In this document: positions 13,501 through 26,999 of the stretch, piece after piece
Position numbering within the stretch: the stretch's first letter is position 1
How the letters are laid out: the number at the start of each line of letters is the position of its first letter
Origin: the human T2T-CHM13v2.0 reference genome, Homo sapiens
Assembly: GCF_009914755.1 (NCBI RefSeq)
Contig: NC_060925.1
Length of the DNA stretch: 64,000 nucleotides
Strand: one strand, 5' to 3'
Made by a program: the position numbers and the translations under genes
Notes under the pieces: generated by a model
Told to the model about the DNA's origin: nothing
Seen by the model: only the letters and a program-made list of their open reading frames with translations
The model's database searches: none

Positions 13501-13598
13501 CACACACATACATACACAAACACATAGCCAGCTAGCTATCTGCCACAATTTTTTACCTATTCATCTGTTGATGGACACTTAGGTTGTCTCCATATCTT

Positions 13599-15844
13599 AA
13601 TATTTTTGTCTTTTAGTCTTCATACTTAAGATATAAGTGGTTTATTTACCACAATTACAATATTAAAGTATTCTGAATTTATCTGTTTGCTTTCTTTTAC
13701 CAGGAGTTTAATACCTTCAGGTTTTTTTTTTAATCTCAAAAAAAGGTACTTTATTGATGGTGGCTTGTGTTATCATCATTATTATCACCCTTTTCTTATA
13801 TATATGTATATTTTATTATTATTATACTTTAAGTTCTAGGGTACGTGTGCACAATGTGCAGGTTTGTTACATATGTATACATGTGCCATGTTAGTGTGCT
13901 GCACCCATTAACTCGTCATTTACATTAGGTGTTTTCTCATTTCACATTTGCATCTATTTCTTTCAGGTTGAGCAACTCCCTTTAGCATTTCTTGTAAGGC
14001 AGGTCCTATGTAGATTAATTCCCTCAGTTTTTGTTTGTCTGGAAAAGTCTCTCTGCATCCTATTTGAAGGATAGCTTTACTGGGTACAGTATTCTTGGTT
14101 GGCAGTATTTTCCCTTCAGCACTTTGAATATAGTATCCCATGTCTCCTGGCTTGCAGAGTTTCTGTGGAGAAATCTGCTGAACGCTGTATTGGGACTCTA
14201 TGGAATGTGATATGTTTCCTTTTTCTAAATGTCTTGAGTGTTCTTTTTTTGTCTTTGATTTTTACTAATTTGATTATGATGTGCCTTGAGGAATTCCTGT
14301 TTTGAATTTGATTGGTGACCTCTGAGATTCCTATACCTGGATGCTGTTGTCTTTCTCCAGATTTGGAACATTTTCAGCCATTATTTCCCTAAAGATGCCT
14401 TCTAGGCCTTTTTCCTCTCTCATCTCCTTTGGGAATTTCTATTATGTGAAGGTTAGTTCTCTTGACAGTGTCCCATAATTCCCCTAGGCCTTCTTCACTC
14501 TTTTTTAAAATTCTTTTTGCTCTTCTAATTAGATAATTTCATGTGTTCTGTATCCATGCTTGCTAATTCTTTCCTCTGTTGGATGAAGCCTGCTGTTGAA
14601 GCTTTCTAATGAGTTTTTCAGTTTAGCTATTGTATTATTTATTTCCAGTATTTCCATTTGATATTTAAAAATTGTTTCTATTTATCTGTAAAATTTCTCA
14701 TTTTGTTCTTGGATTGTTTTCCAAATTTCATTTAGTTTCTGTCTTTTCTTGTATTTCTTATGATTCCCTGAACTTTTTAAAGAGGATTATTCTGACTCTC
14801 TGTGAGACATTTCACAGATCCACAATTCTTCTGGGTCTATTGCTGGAGCTTTGTTCATTTCTCTTGGTGGTGTCATATTTCCCTGAATTTTCACAGTCTT
14901 TGCAGCTTTATATCAACACCTGTGCATTTGAAGAGATAGCCACTTTTTTCAGGTTTTGCAGGTATTCTTAGGTGGTATTAGAGTTTTACTACTTAGTATC
15001 AGAACTTAAGCACTGGTCAACATTGCTTCCTGTTCTGGGGAGGACTTAAAGTGAGCACCAGAATGAAAACACTGCAATGGAACTAACTCACTGCTCTTTC
15101 ATTATTTCTTCATCTGGGGAATACTAACAGCAAACATCAGAACTCAAACATTGCCCTGGAACTATATTGCTACCCTATTATTTCCTAGTCTGGAGAAGGC
15201 TTACTTAAATAGGCACTGGAACTTAATCCTGATCTTTTAGTTGTTTCCAAGCCAGAGAAAGGCTCCACATAAGCACTTGGGCTTTGTAAAAAATTCAGCC
15301 AGGAATTTGGGCCTTCTCATGAATTGTGCCCCTTGCAGTGCTATGGGGCAAGCCAGTCTCTTGAATGTGGTGTCCCTGCTGTCCAGAGCACAGAATAACC
15401 TCTAAGATCCATGGATCAGTCATTGTCATCAATGCCTTCTTCTTTGGCTCCAATTCACCCCAGTGATTCAACTCTCCTATTACCCCTAGTGGTTCCTGCA
15501 GGGTGAGACCACAGTCAACTTCCTGTGAAAATTCCCAGACTGGTGAGGAGATCCATTGTCCACCTCCAATTCCCTCCTCTCACTTCAGAAACTGTAAGTC
15601 TAGGGAAATTCTCTGTGAGTGGCATTATGCCAGCTTGGGGAGTGGCTAGCTCATTCTGAAATGACCATTTCTCTTACCAGTTGCAGCTTCTCTCAACTCT
15701 GTGGGCCCAGGAGGTTTCATTGCTTCTCCCCTGAGTTCTGGTGAATTCATAGTGGTATTCTTCTTTAGATGGTTTCTCTTTGTATTGTTGTGGGGGAAGT
15801 GATGCCAGGAGATCTATTCTACCATCTTGCTAACATCACCAACC
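13599..15844 (-). mobile_element. L1M 5'UTR+ORF1 segment (3'-truncated), nested in the host L1
   Basis: Minus strand starts GGTGATGTTAGCAAGATGG (L1M 5' terminus type); ORF 13920-14141 gives the ORF1p C-terminus (TFPDKQKLRE..PALQEMLKGV); flanked by 14-bp direct repeats. Confidence 0.8.
13811..13930 (-). mobile_element. Young L1PA (PA4/5-like) 3'-terminal fragment
   Basis: TACTTTAAGTTCTAGGGTAC...CACCCATTAACTCGTCATTTACATTAGGT with a (TTA)n tail. Confidence 0.92.
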
Positions 15845-16286
15845 TGTTTCCACATCTTGGCTCTTGTGAATAATGCTGCAAATATGGGCATGCACATATT
15901 TCTACATGATACTGATTTCATCTCCTTTGGATATACATCCAGAAGTGGGATTGCTGGATCATATGGTAGTTCTATTTTTAATTTTTTGAGGGATCTCCAT
16001 ATTGTTTTCTATTTTACATTTGACTGCACCATTTTACATTTCTACAACAGTGTACCAGGGTCCCTTTTTCTCCACATCCTCATCAACATTAACCATTTGT
16101 CTTTTGTCTTTCTGATAATTTGATATTTGTCTTTTTGACAAATAATGGCCATCCTAACAAGTATAAGGTGATAATGGTTTTGTTTTGCATTTGCTTGATG
16201 ATTAGTGATGTTGAGCATCTTTTCATATATTGTCGGCCATTTGTATGTCTTCTTAGGAAAAATGTCTATTGTGGTCTTTTGCTCAT

Positions 16287-16319
<33 letters not shown>

Positions 16320-17849
16320 TGCTATTATGTTAATTCCTATATATTTTGGATATTGCCCCTATCAAATATATGGCTTGCAAATATTTTCTCTCTTTCCAAA
16401 AGTTGCCTTTTCATGCCACTGATTGTTTCCTTTAATGTGCAGAAGCTTTTTAGTTTAATGTAGTCATACTTGTCTATTTTTACTTTTGTGACCTGTGCTT
16501 TTGGTGTCACATCCAATAAATCATTGCCAAGATCAGTGTCAAGATTTTTCCCTATGTCTTCTTCTAGGAGTTTTACAGTTTCAAGTCTTACATTTAAGTC
16601 TTTAATCCATTTTGTGTTGACTCTTGTGTATAGTGTAAGATAAGGCTCCAATTTTATTCTTTTGCACTTAGCTATTCAGTTTTCCCAACACCATTTATTG
16701 AAAAGGCTATCCTTTTCTCATTGTGTATCCTTGGCACCTTTGTCAAAGATTAGTTGACTGTATATGTATGGCTTTATTTTTGAGCTGTCTATTCTGTTCC
16801 ACTGATCTATGTGTTTGTTTTTGTGCCAATTCCATACTGTTTTGATTCCTGTAGCTTTGTAATATAATTCAAAATCAGGAACTGTGATGCTTCCAGCTTT
16901 GCTCTTCTTTATCTAGATTTCTTTAGCTATTTGGGGTCTTTTGTGGTTCCATATACATTTTAGAATTTATTTTCTATTTTTGTGAAAAACGTCATTGGAA
17001 TTTTGATGAAGATTATGTTAAATCTGTAGATCACTTTGGGTAGTATGGACATTTTTGCAGTATTAAGTCTTCCAATCCATAACATGGGATATCTTTCCAT
17101 TTATTTGTGTTTTCAATTCCTTTCATCAATGTTTTACAGTTTTCAGTATACAGATCTTCCACCTCCTGATTAAATTTGTTCCTATCTTATTCTTTTTGAT
17201 GCTATAATAAACGGGATTGTTTTCATTATTTCTTTTTCAGATAATTCATTATTTTTATGTTGATTTTGTATTTTTTGACTTTAATGAATTTATTAGTTCT
17301 AAAAGTTTTTTGGTGAATAAAAGTTACTAATTTACTGATATTACCCAACCCCCTTCAACCACATTACCCTCTGTTTTTCCATAGTAAGGAAAAGAATGAT
17401 TTGCAATTATGTTCTAGACTCAGCACTCTCTTCTAGGCAGTGATCTCAACTATTGTTCTGCCACCCATGTACACTAACTGGGATAGTTTTTCTCTGCATC
17501 ATCTGGAGGCTTTATGGTGGTGTTAGTTTATGTTTTTCTTTGTGATTTAAAAATTCTCTCAGAAAGCATATACATTTGCAAAGATTAATTTGAGAACACC
17601 AGAACCATGTAGCATCATGTGACAATTTAGAAAGTGTGATGCTTGCAGCTTTGCTCTTCTTTATCTAGATTGCTTTAGCTATACCTGACAGGGAATCATC
17701 TTCCATCCTGATGGAAGTAGTGCAACACTGTGCTTACGGCACTTTCTGCTGAATTTGACCACCACAATATCCAAAATTTTTGATGTGTGTTTAAACTGAG
17801 TAATTTTTAATTAGTGTATAGATATTTAAAAGGAGTTCATTTCTTCTTC

Positions 17850-18295
17850 ACTTCATTCATTGCACATAAATTGACAGACGAGTGCATAGATTAAACAAGA
17901 TGGATAGTGGATGTGTACCAAGAAAAGAGGACCCACATGTGCAGAGGCATAGAGATGTGGGGACCAGGAACACAATGTTCCAAATAGGTAAATATGATTG
18001 GATCACTGGGTGCAAATAAGATGATAGAGAAATAAGGCTACCCAAGCATGCAGAAGCCAAGTGAAAATGGGCCTTGCAGGCCATACAAAGGAGTTGAGAT
18101 TTTTGAGTTTAATAGGGAGCCATTGAAGGATTTCAAATGCACTTTATAAAGATGTATTTTGACAGCAAATATGAAGTATAGACTTGAAGGAGGCAAGATT
18201 GGAAACAGGAAGACTAGTTAAGAGGTTATTGCAATAGTCCATAATCCATGCAGAAGTAATGAAGGCCTAAAGCAAGACATAGGGGATAGAGAGAA
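17850..18295 (-). mobile_element. L2 fragment
   Basis: TAGGGAGCCATTGAAGGATTT...GGAAGACTAGTTAAGAGGTTATTGCAATAGTCCA is typical reverse L2. Confidence 0.65.
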
Positions 18296-18504
18296 TCAGA
18301 GTATCTCCCCTTGAAAAGGAAAGAGTCCAAAGATCTCACTCAGAAAATGCAACTCTTTTCCATGTCCTGTCTCCACAATATATTTGTATGAAAACAAATA
18401 AATAATACTAAAATTCTAAACAGCAATTTTATATGTGTATCTTGGGTCTATTCAGAGAACAGTATCCATTGGCATTTGGCCTCTCCAGCAATATCTTACT
18501 TTCC

Positions 18505-18710
18505 TTTTCTATTTTAGATTGGGGGGTACATGTACAGGTTTGTTACATGAATATGTTACGTGATGCTAAAGTCTGGACTTCAACTGAACCTGTCTCCCAG
18601 ATAGTGAACCAACAGGTAGTTTTTCAAGCTTTCCCTCTTCCCTCCCCTTTTGGAGTCTCCAGTGTCTATTTTTCCCATCTTTACGTCCATATGTACCCAA
18701 TGTTTCAGCT
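18505..18710 (-). mobile_element. L1PA15/16- or L1PB-type 3' end
   Basis: GGGGGTACATGTACAGGTTTGTTACATG...TTTGGAGTCTCCAGTGTCTATT. Confidence 0.8.
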
Positions 18711-19039
18711 ATATCTTATTCTGTACATACATTTAAGTGTGCAGAGTTCATGAAAATTTCCCCACATTCCTAGGAAAGCTGTTCATGTGGGATAAATATT
18801 GAACTACATTTATCTCCTTTCGACCTTTTGGAAACAGAAGATTTCCATTTTCACAATTCCAATTAATCACTTACAATGAATTGAAGCTCCTTTTCTTAAC
18901 AGATACATCATTTTCCTTTGCTAAAGTTGGTATTTTCTTAGGCATGCAGTGGAAAGACAAATCAGTTGATCTCTTGAGGAAGCATCAGTCACAACTGGTT
19001 ATTTAAGATTGAGAAGGAAACAACTGATCAGCCCAGGAC

Positions 19040-20740
19040 CTAAAGCCATCTGGGAAATTGGCAGAGTAAAGATCTTCAAAAATCCTTTCCTCCATAAAGG
19101 CAATAAAAACAGCAGCAAAATTGACAGAATCAACTTTTTCAGAACTCTGAAACTTAGCCAAAGACTTGCAGCAATCCAAAGAATGTTTAGTCAAGAAAAA
19201 TAGCTGAAACCTGGTAAGAAGAGCAAGCTTTGTAGCATGTTAAGATGCCAATACTTTTCAAATTGATCTACACATTCAATGCAATCCTTATCAAAATCCC
19301 AGCTGGCTTTTTGTGGAAATTGACAAGCTGATCCTAAATTTCATATGTAAATACAAGGGACACTAAATAGCCAAAACAATCTTGGAAAGAACAAAAAAGG
19401 AACAAAGTTAGAGGACTCATACTTTCAGATTTCAAAACTCTCTATAAATCTACTGTAATCAAGACTGTGTGGTACTTGTATAGAGATAGACATATAAAAC
19501 AATGGAATAGAATTAATGGTCTAGAAGTAAACCCATACATTTACAATTAATTTTTGACAAGGGTATCAAGATTATTCATGGGAAAAGGGTCATTTTTTCA
19601 ACAAATGGTTCTGAAACAAATGGATAGACACATGCAAAAGAAGGAAGTTGGACCCTATCACACACTATATGTAAAATTAACTAAAAATTGATCAATAACT
19701 TAAGAGCTGAAACTGTACAACTCTTAGGGAAAAAAGTGAGCATAAATCTTTGTGATTTTGGATTTGACAATTATTTCTTGGTTATGACACCAAAAATGCA
19801 GGCAACAAAAGAAAAATTAGGACTTCAAAAGAAAAAATACATAAATTGGACTTCACCTAAATTAGTAACTTTCATGCTTCAAAAAGATACCTTCAAGAAA
19901 GTGAAAAGACAGCCCACAGAATGGGAGAGAATTTTTGCAAGTCATATATATGATAAGGAACTTGCATATAAAATATATAAAGAACTCTTATAACTCAATA
20001 AAAAGACAAATAGCTCCATTAAAATGGACAAATAATATGAATAGACATTTCTCCAAAAGAGATAAACAAATGTCCCACAAACACATGAAAAGGTGCTGAA
20101 CATTATTAGTCATCAGGCAAATACAAAGCAAAACCACAACCTAATACTTTACCCCACACTCACTAGCCTGGCTGTAATAGACAGCTAATAAGTGTTGGTG
20201 AGGATGTGGAGAAACTGGAACCCTCATACACTGCTGGTGAGAATGTAAAATGATATAGTCACTTTGGAAAACAGTCTAACTAAATATGGAATTACCATAT
20301 GACCCAGAAATTTCACTCCTAGCTATATACCAAGAGAAATGAAAAGTTAACTTCTTACAAAAACTTGTAAATGATTGCTCATAAAAGCATTATTTGTAAT
20401 AGCCAAAAAGTGGAAACAACCCAAATTACTGACTCATGACAACTGATCGATGGATAAACAAAATGGGGTATATCCATACAATGGAATATTATTTATCCAT
20501 AAAAAGGAATAAAGTACTGATTCATGCTACAACATGGATGAACCTTGCAACTATGGTAAGTGAAAGAAGCCAGACACAAAAGGCTACATATTGGATGATT
20601 GCATTCATATGAAATATACAGAATGGGTAAATGCATACAGACACAAAGTCAATTAGTGATTTTCAGCAGCTGGTGGGAGAGGCGAACAGGGAGAGGCTAC
20701 TAATTTGTATGGAGTTTCTTTCTGTGGTGATGAAAATGGT
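19040..20740 (+). mobile_element. L1MB-type element: short 5' piece fused to the ORF2 3' end and 3'UTR
   Basis: 5'-type text AGAATCAACTTTTTCAGAACTCTG, then ORF2 text GTTAAGATG..TTCAATGCAATCC; ORF 19688-19993 gives KKVKRQPTEWERIFASHIYDK; 3'UTR runs to GGTGATGAAAATG. Confidence 0.85.
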
Positions 20741-21792
20741 ATATATCTCTGCTTTAGATGTTTAGGACTTTCTAGTTGTTAGAATATAACATTAGATACC
20801 AGAATTAGGAAATCCAGATGCCTTTCATTGTAAGTCATTTGATTCTATACCAAGATTGATCTGCCATATTCTAAGAATAATTGCTGTCTACCTCTCATAT
20901 TTCATGGAGAATATTTACAAAGTATATTGGTCACTGATGCTTCTTTTCCCAAACTCATGCCAAAATCTCAAATGTGTCAGGCATGTAGGAGGTAGTCAAT
21001 AAACGTTATTTACTTTCCCGTCACTATATCAATTTATGTCTGAACCCCTAAGCCTTTAGAAATTACTAGTTTTCCCTAACAGTAGCCATGGAATATGTAA
21101 AAAATAAAAAGAATTTAAATAAGGATTAATATTGGGTAATCTGAAAGGAAATGTGAATTCTAGTGAAAATCAGATATCTCCTTAATCACTCAATAGCATT
21201 ATGTAACTCTCTTGCTCACAACCTCAGTCTTGGCAAGTATTAGGACACGAACTCTCCAGAGTTGTCCCAAGAACAGTAGGTCCCAGAAAAAGAAGAATGA
21301 CTTGTGACAAGAACCCTGAGGAGTGCCTCAATCTGTTTCCATGATTTATGATCTTCTTACCTCAGTAATGACTCCCACCATTTGGTTCAGACCTACAAGA
21401 GGCCATGTCTGATATTTTAGCAGAGAAACAGGCATATACCATCCTAAATCTGTCTTGGGCTCACGAATCACATTGAGCTCACAAATCACCTTTCTTCCCT
21501 GCGAAGTTATCGGCTGCTTAATTATAGATAAGTTTGCATCTGTGGCCAAGAACCCAGGCCAGGTTTTATAAAACCTGAACTGTCTCCCAGTTTCCAAGGA
21601 CAATCAACATCAAGGAATCTCGCTGCATGACTATAGGGTTGATGAAAGATCCCATTTTTCACAAGTAAAACATTTTCTTAGAATCATGAATAGCTACTGA
21701 CAATGTCTAATGAAACAACTGATAATACATCTGGGTTTGGGTGAGATGGGAAGAAAACCAAAGCCAAAGGGGACCTATAAAAATCACTTCCT

Positions 21793-22069
21793 GGCTGGGT
21801 GCGGTGGCTCATGCCTATAATCCTGGCAGTTTGGGAGGCCGAGGTGAACAGATCAGTTGAAGCCAGGAGTCCAAGACCGGTCTGGGCAATGTGGTGAAAC
21901 GCTGTCTCTACTAAAAATACAAAAAAATTTAGCTGGGCCTGGTGGCACACACCCGTAGTCCCAGCTACTTGGAAGGCTGAGGCAGGATAATCGCTTGAAC
22001 TGGGAGGTGGAGGTTGCAGTGAGCCAAAACCCTGCCACTGCACTCCAGCCTGGGTTACAGAGTGAGACT
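21793..22069 (+). mobile_element. AluS/J lacking its poly(A) tail
   Basis: Alu body ends at GAGTGAGACT with no A tail. Confidence 0.92.
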
Positions 22070-22239
22070 TTTTTGGCATGGCCCTGTAAACGGTAGAGAA
22101 GAGGACTGAATGACTCTCAAGATTCTTCAACTTCCCATATTGTAAAATTCAATGTTTGAGGAATTTTGTGTAATTATTATTTTTATAGCTAATATGTACA
22201 AGTTGTACAAAACATAAAAGATTCAAAGGGGTCCTATAG

Positions 22240-22571
<332 letters not shown>

Positions 22572-22599
22572 TAGTCATCAAATTTCTTATCCCAGGGGG

Positions 22600-23270
22600 A
22601 ATGTTGCCAGGCACTGTTCTAGGTCCTGAGGATAAAGCCATGAACAAAATAGAGTCCCTGTCCTCAATGAGCTTACATTCTAGCATGAAGAGAAACAAAA
22701 TAGCTTTGGGTATGACAAAAATAAAATAGCCTGAGAAGGAGCAGCTTTGAGGTAGGAGAAAAACCAGATGAGTATGGTTTCATAAAACTTAGAAAAGATG
22801 AGGATTTCAAGAATGAGGGAGTTGTCAGCCACGTCAAATGCTGTAGAAAGGTCAAGTGAGATAGCAACAAAGTGTTGACTATTGGCCCGCCAAGTAATGG
22901 TGATTGGTGACCTTGCCAATTGTTTCAGTGAACTGGTACAATCAAAAGCTCAATTGAAATGGGCTGAGGAGGGGATATAAAAATTACAACTAATCCGCTG
23001 GAGGAATATTGATTTAAAAATATGTGAGAGAAGCAGCAGAGCCCAGGTAATGGGAAATGTGCATCAAGGGGAGTTTTTCTTAAAATGTATTATATTAAGG
23101 CATGTTTATATGCACATGAAATAATCTAAAAGAAAAAGAAATTAATTCAGGAAAGAAAGAAGATCATTTCAAAAATAAAGTCCTTGAGAAGGTAAGAGGG
23201 GATAGGAACAGGGCACAAGAGGAGGGCTTGGCCTTAGGTAGAAGCAGGGATACTCCTTCCATTTTAACAT
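22600..23270 (-). mobile_element. L2 fragments
   Basis: GCCAGGCACTGTTCTAGG...; GTCAAATGCTGTAGAAAGGTCAAGTGAGAT...GGTGACCTTG. Confidence 0.65.
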
Positions 23271-23281
23271 CCTTTCAGAGG

Positions 23282-23285
<4 letters not shown>

Positions 23286-23320
<35 letters not shown>
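23286..23320. repeat. (CA)17 microsatellite
   Basis: Uninterrupted AC run, 35 bp. Confidence 0.97.
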
Positions 23321-23324
<4 letters not shown>

Positions 23325-23348
23325 GATATGAATAGGTATATATACATC

Positions 23349-23989
<641 letters not shown>

Positions 23990-24019
23990 CTATTTATGTA
24001 TTTATATATATAGCAAATA

Positions 24020-24930
24020 ACAACATGCTCTATGTAGTGTTTTGCATCTTGTTTTAAAAAAAACTTAACAGTATATCTAAGTACACATTTACAGACTTTC
24101 TCATTTTGACTGCTGTATAGTGTTGTCTTTTATTGCTACACCATAATTTACTTCTAATCCTCTACTAGTAAACATTGTCTGTTTCCAGTGTTTTTCTATT
24201 GCAAACAATGCTTTAATGAACATCTTTGTACAGAGGTGCTAGTGTGTCTGCAGAATAAATTACTAGAAATGGACTTGTTAGCTCAAATAGTATAAACATT
24301 TTTAATTTTGAAAGCTATTACCAAATTGTTCCTAATTTATACCAATTTATAACCCCAAACATATATTAGAGTCCCTGTTTCTGCCTCATCCACTCAGTGT
24401 TAAGCAGACTTTAATATTTCTCAGTCTGACAGGTGAAAAATTGTGTCTCAGGGCCTTAATTTGCATTTATCTTGTTACAAATGAGGTTTGGCATTATTTT
24501 ATGTTTAAAATTCATTCATGTTTCCTTTTCTGTGTACTTTCTGTACATCTGCCTATTTTTCTATTGTTATTGGTCTTTTTCTTTAATATGTATAAGCTCT
24601 ATACATTAATAATTTAGAGTTTTGTTATATATATTGTAAATATTTTCCAAATTTGTTGCATGTGTTTGTACTTTTACATGTATCAGATTTTATAAACTTA
24701 TGCAGCATATGTAGTCTTGTTGTCTATTGTGTGGTTTGTATATTTTCGGAGTCGATTATGTGAGTCCACATAGTCTATTGACCTCTTCCTATATGGCTTC
24801 TGAGTTTGGAGTTATGCTTAAAAGTCCTACTGAACTCCAAAATTATAAGAAAAAGATATTTATTTTTAAGTCTAAATCTTTGATCTATGTGAGATTTATT
24901 CTTACTAAGAAATAAGTTAGGAATCCAACC
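24020..24930 (-). mobile_element. Ancient L1ME-type fragment
   Basis: TTTCCAGTGTTTTTCTATTGCAAACAATGCTTTAATGAACATC...TAATTTGCATTT reverse L1 text, highly diverged. Confidence 0.7.
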
Positions 24931-25230
<300 letters not shown>

Positions 25231-26356
25231 CCAACTTAATATTTTTTATGTATCCAGATTCCCAGTGCCATTTATATAATGCCATCTTAATCGCTGACTA
25301 AGTTCCTGACCATGCCAAGGGAGAAGTGGTTAAAGAAAAAGAATATGCATTCAAATATTTGTTAAATGAGAATAGAAAAATTCATGAGCAATGGAACATC
25401 GGGAATGGGAAATTTGTAAAAAATTAGTTGGCAAAGACTTTGCTCCTGACTTGTAGTCTTTCTTTCTGACCCAATTTACACTGTTGTCTTGGATGACTAA
25501 ACTGTTCATGTTGAAGACCCATCCAGCGACTTAGCTTTGCAGTGTCTTCACCTTGATTCCAGTGATTTTCGTCTTCACTCCATCCCCTTGTGCCCCCGGC
25601 TACATTCTGGTTTTCATTGTCATCAGGAGCTATTCAATTTCTGAAATATGAAACTCAAGCATCCTGCTTTCTAACAACAACTTCCCATTCTTCTGGCTCT
25701 TTAGCTCCCTTATCACCACCACACGTCTTCACCCATCCATATGTGGGTCCTTTCACCTTTCTGACTTCTCTCAGCAGCTTTTCCTGCATTTCCCTTCATT
25801 TTCTCTCCAGCCATTCTAACCACTCTGGTCAGCTCTGAATTCCTTATTCTTTTTGTCTTTTTCTCTACCCATGGGTCAAAACATAATCCTGGATTGATGT
25901 GAATCTGCCTTCACCATTCATACAGGCAAGATACCACATACTATTGGGGAAAAATCATACTCTATGCAAACTGGTGCCACTACAAATTAATGATTCCATT
26001 GCTTTCAAGAGTAAGTCCAAGTTCCTCTGCAAAATATACAGGGAAGGCCCTTCACAATCCAGCTCCAAGTCCCATTTGTTCTACTTCTCTTTCCACTCAC
26101 CCTCACAACCTATCCTCTGAGAACAACCCCCCTTGCTTTTGAATAAGCTGCTCCCTTTGCCTAAAGTGGCTTTCCTCTTCCCCTTCCTCTGGCTAATTCA
26201 GCTTAGGGCATCATCTCCAGGAAACTGCTACCAACTCTACCTCATCTGTCTGGATTTTGTGTTCTTTTTGGTTCCACCAGATTCCATGCTACCCTTTTTG
26301 AAAACTGATCATGCTTTATTGGAGAAGGCTGTTTAAATGACTGCCTCCCTAGAGAG

Positions 26357-26506
26357 GAGTGGATCTCAAAGCTCAGAATGCATAAGCATCAGGCAGAAAG
26401 CTGATTTTTATTAGGCCTTAGGTTGAATCCAGGAAATCTGAATTTCAGCAAGCACACCAAGTGGTACTGATGCTGGTGGTTCTGGGACTACTCTTTGAGA
26501 AACAGC
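26357..26506. mobile_element. MER5A-like MITE
   Basis: AGTGGATCTCAAAG...CCAGGAAATCTG...CAAGCAC...TGATGCTGGTGGTTCTGGGACTACTCTTTGAGAAAC. Confidence 0.7.
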
Positions 26507-26999
26507 AAATATGAGCTCTTGGATGCCAGGGGAATATTCTCAAACAGGTTTTTCTTTCCTGTGCTAAGCAGAATGCCTGATAAATGTCAATAAATGTTTT
26601 CTTCAATAAATAATTATTAAAAGGGTTATCATGTGCCAGGAACACACCCAGAGTCTAGGGTACAGACACAGTATTCACTTTCATGGAGCCTACAGGGGCC
26701 ACGTTTGTTGACTGAATGAAGGAGATTCAGATATCAAACAGATACTATGACAAACCTTAAAAGTCACTTCTGTCAAACCTTATAAAACCCTATAAAATAA
26801 AGAAATGTGATTTTTTTTCCTCTGAAGCTGTAACTAAGTCCTAGTAGCAAGACTGCCCTGGAATACTACTAGGTAATGGTTTTAAGAGTGTGGACTCTGA
26901 AAACTTGGGATTAAATCTTAGCTCAAAAACTTAGAAATGTGCAATCTCTGAACCTCAGCTTTCTCAGCATAATATGGGGTTAAAGTAACATGCGTTAAT

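Larger units (their letters stand above)
13540..17315 (-). mobile_element. Host L1MA-type ORF2/3' segment (13540-13598 and 15845-17315), split by a nested L1 5' piece
   Basis: Reverse L1 text stops at TTAGGTTGTCTCCATATCTT and resumes at TGTTTCCACATCTTGGCTCTTGTGAATAATGCTGC; ORF 16337-16651 translates as decayed ORF2p (PYLTLYTRVNTKWIKDLNVR). Confidence 0.88.

Noticed and set aside
21560-21577. Perfect 18-bp palindrome CAGGTTTTATAAAACCTG
   Set aside because: A 9-bp-arm palindrome has roughly a 1-in-4 chance of occurring in 64 kb, higher when AT-rich; no supporting context.
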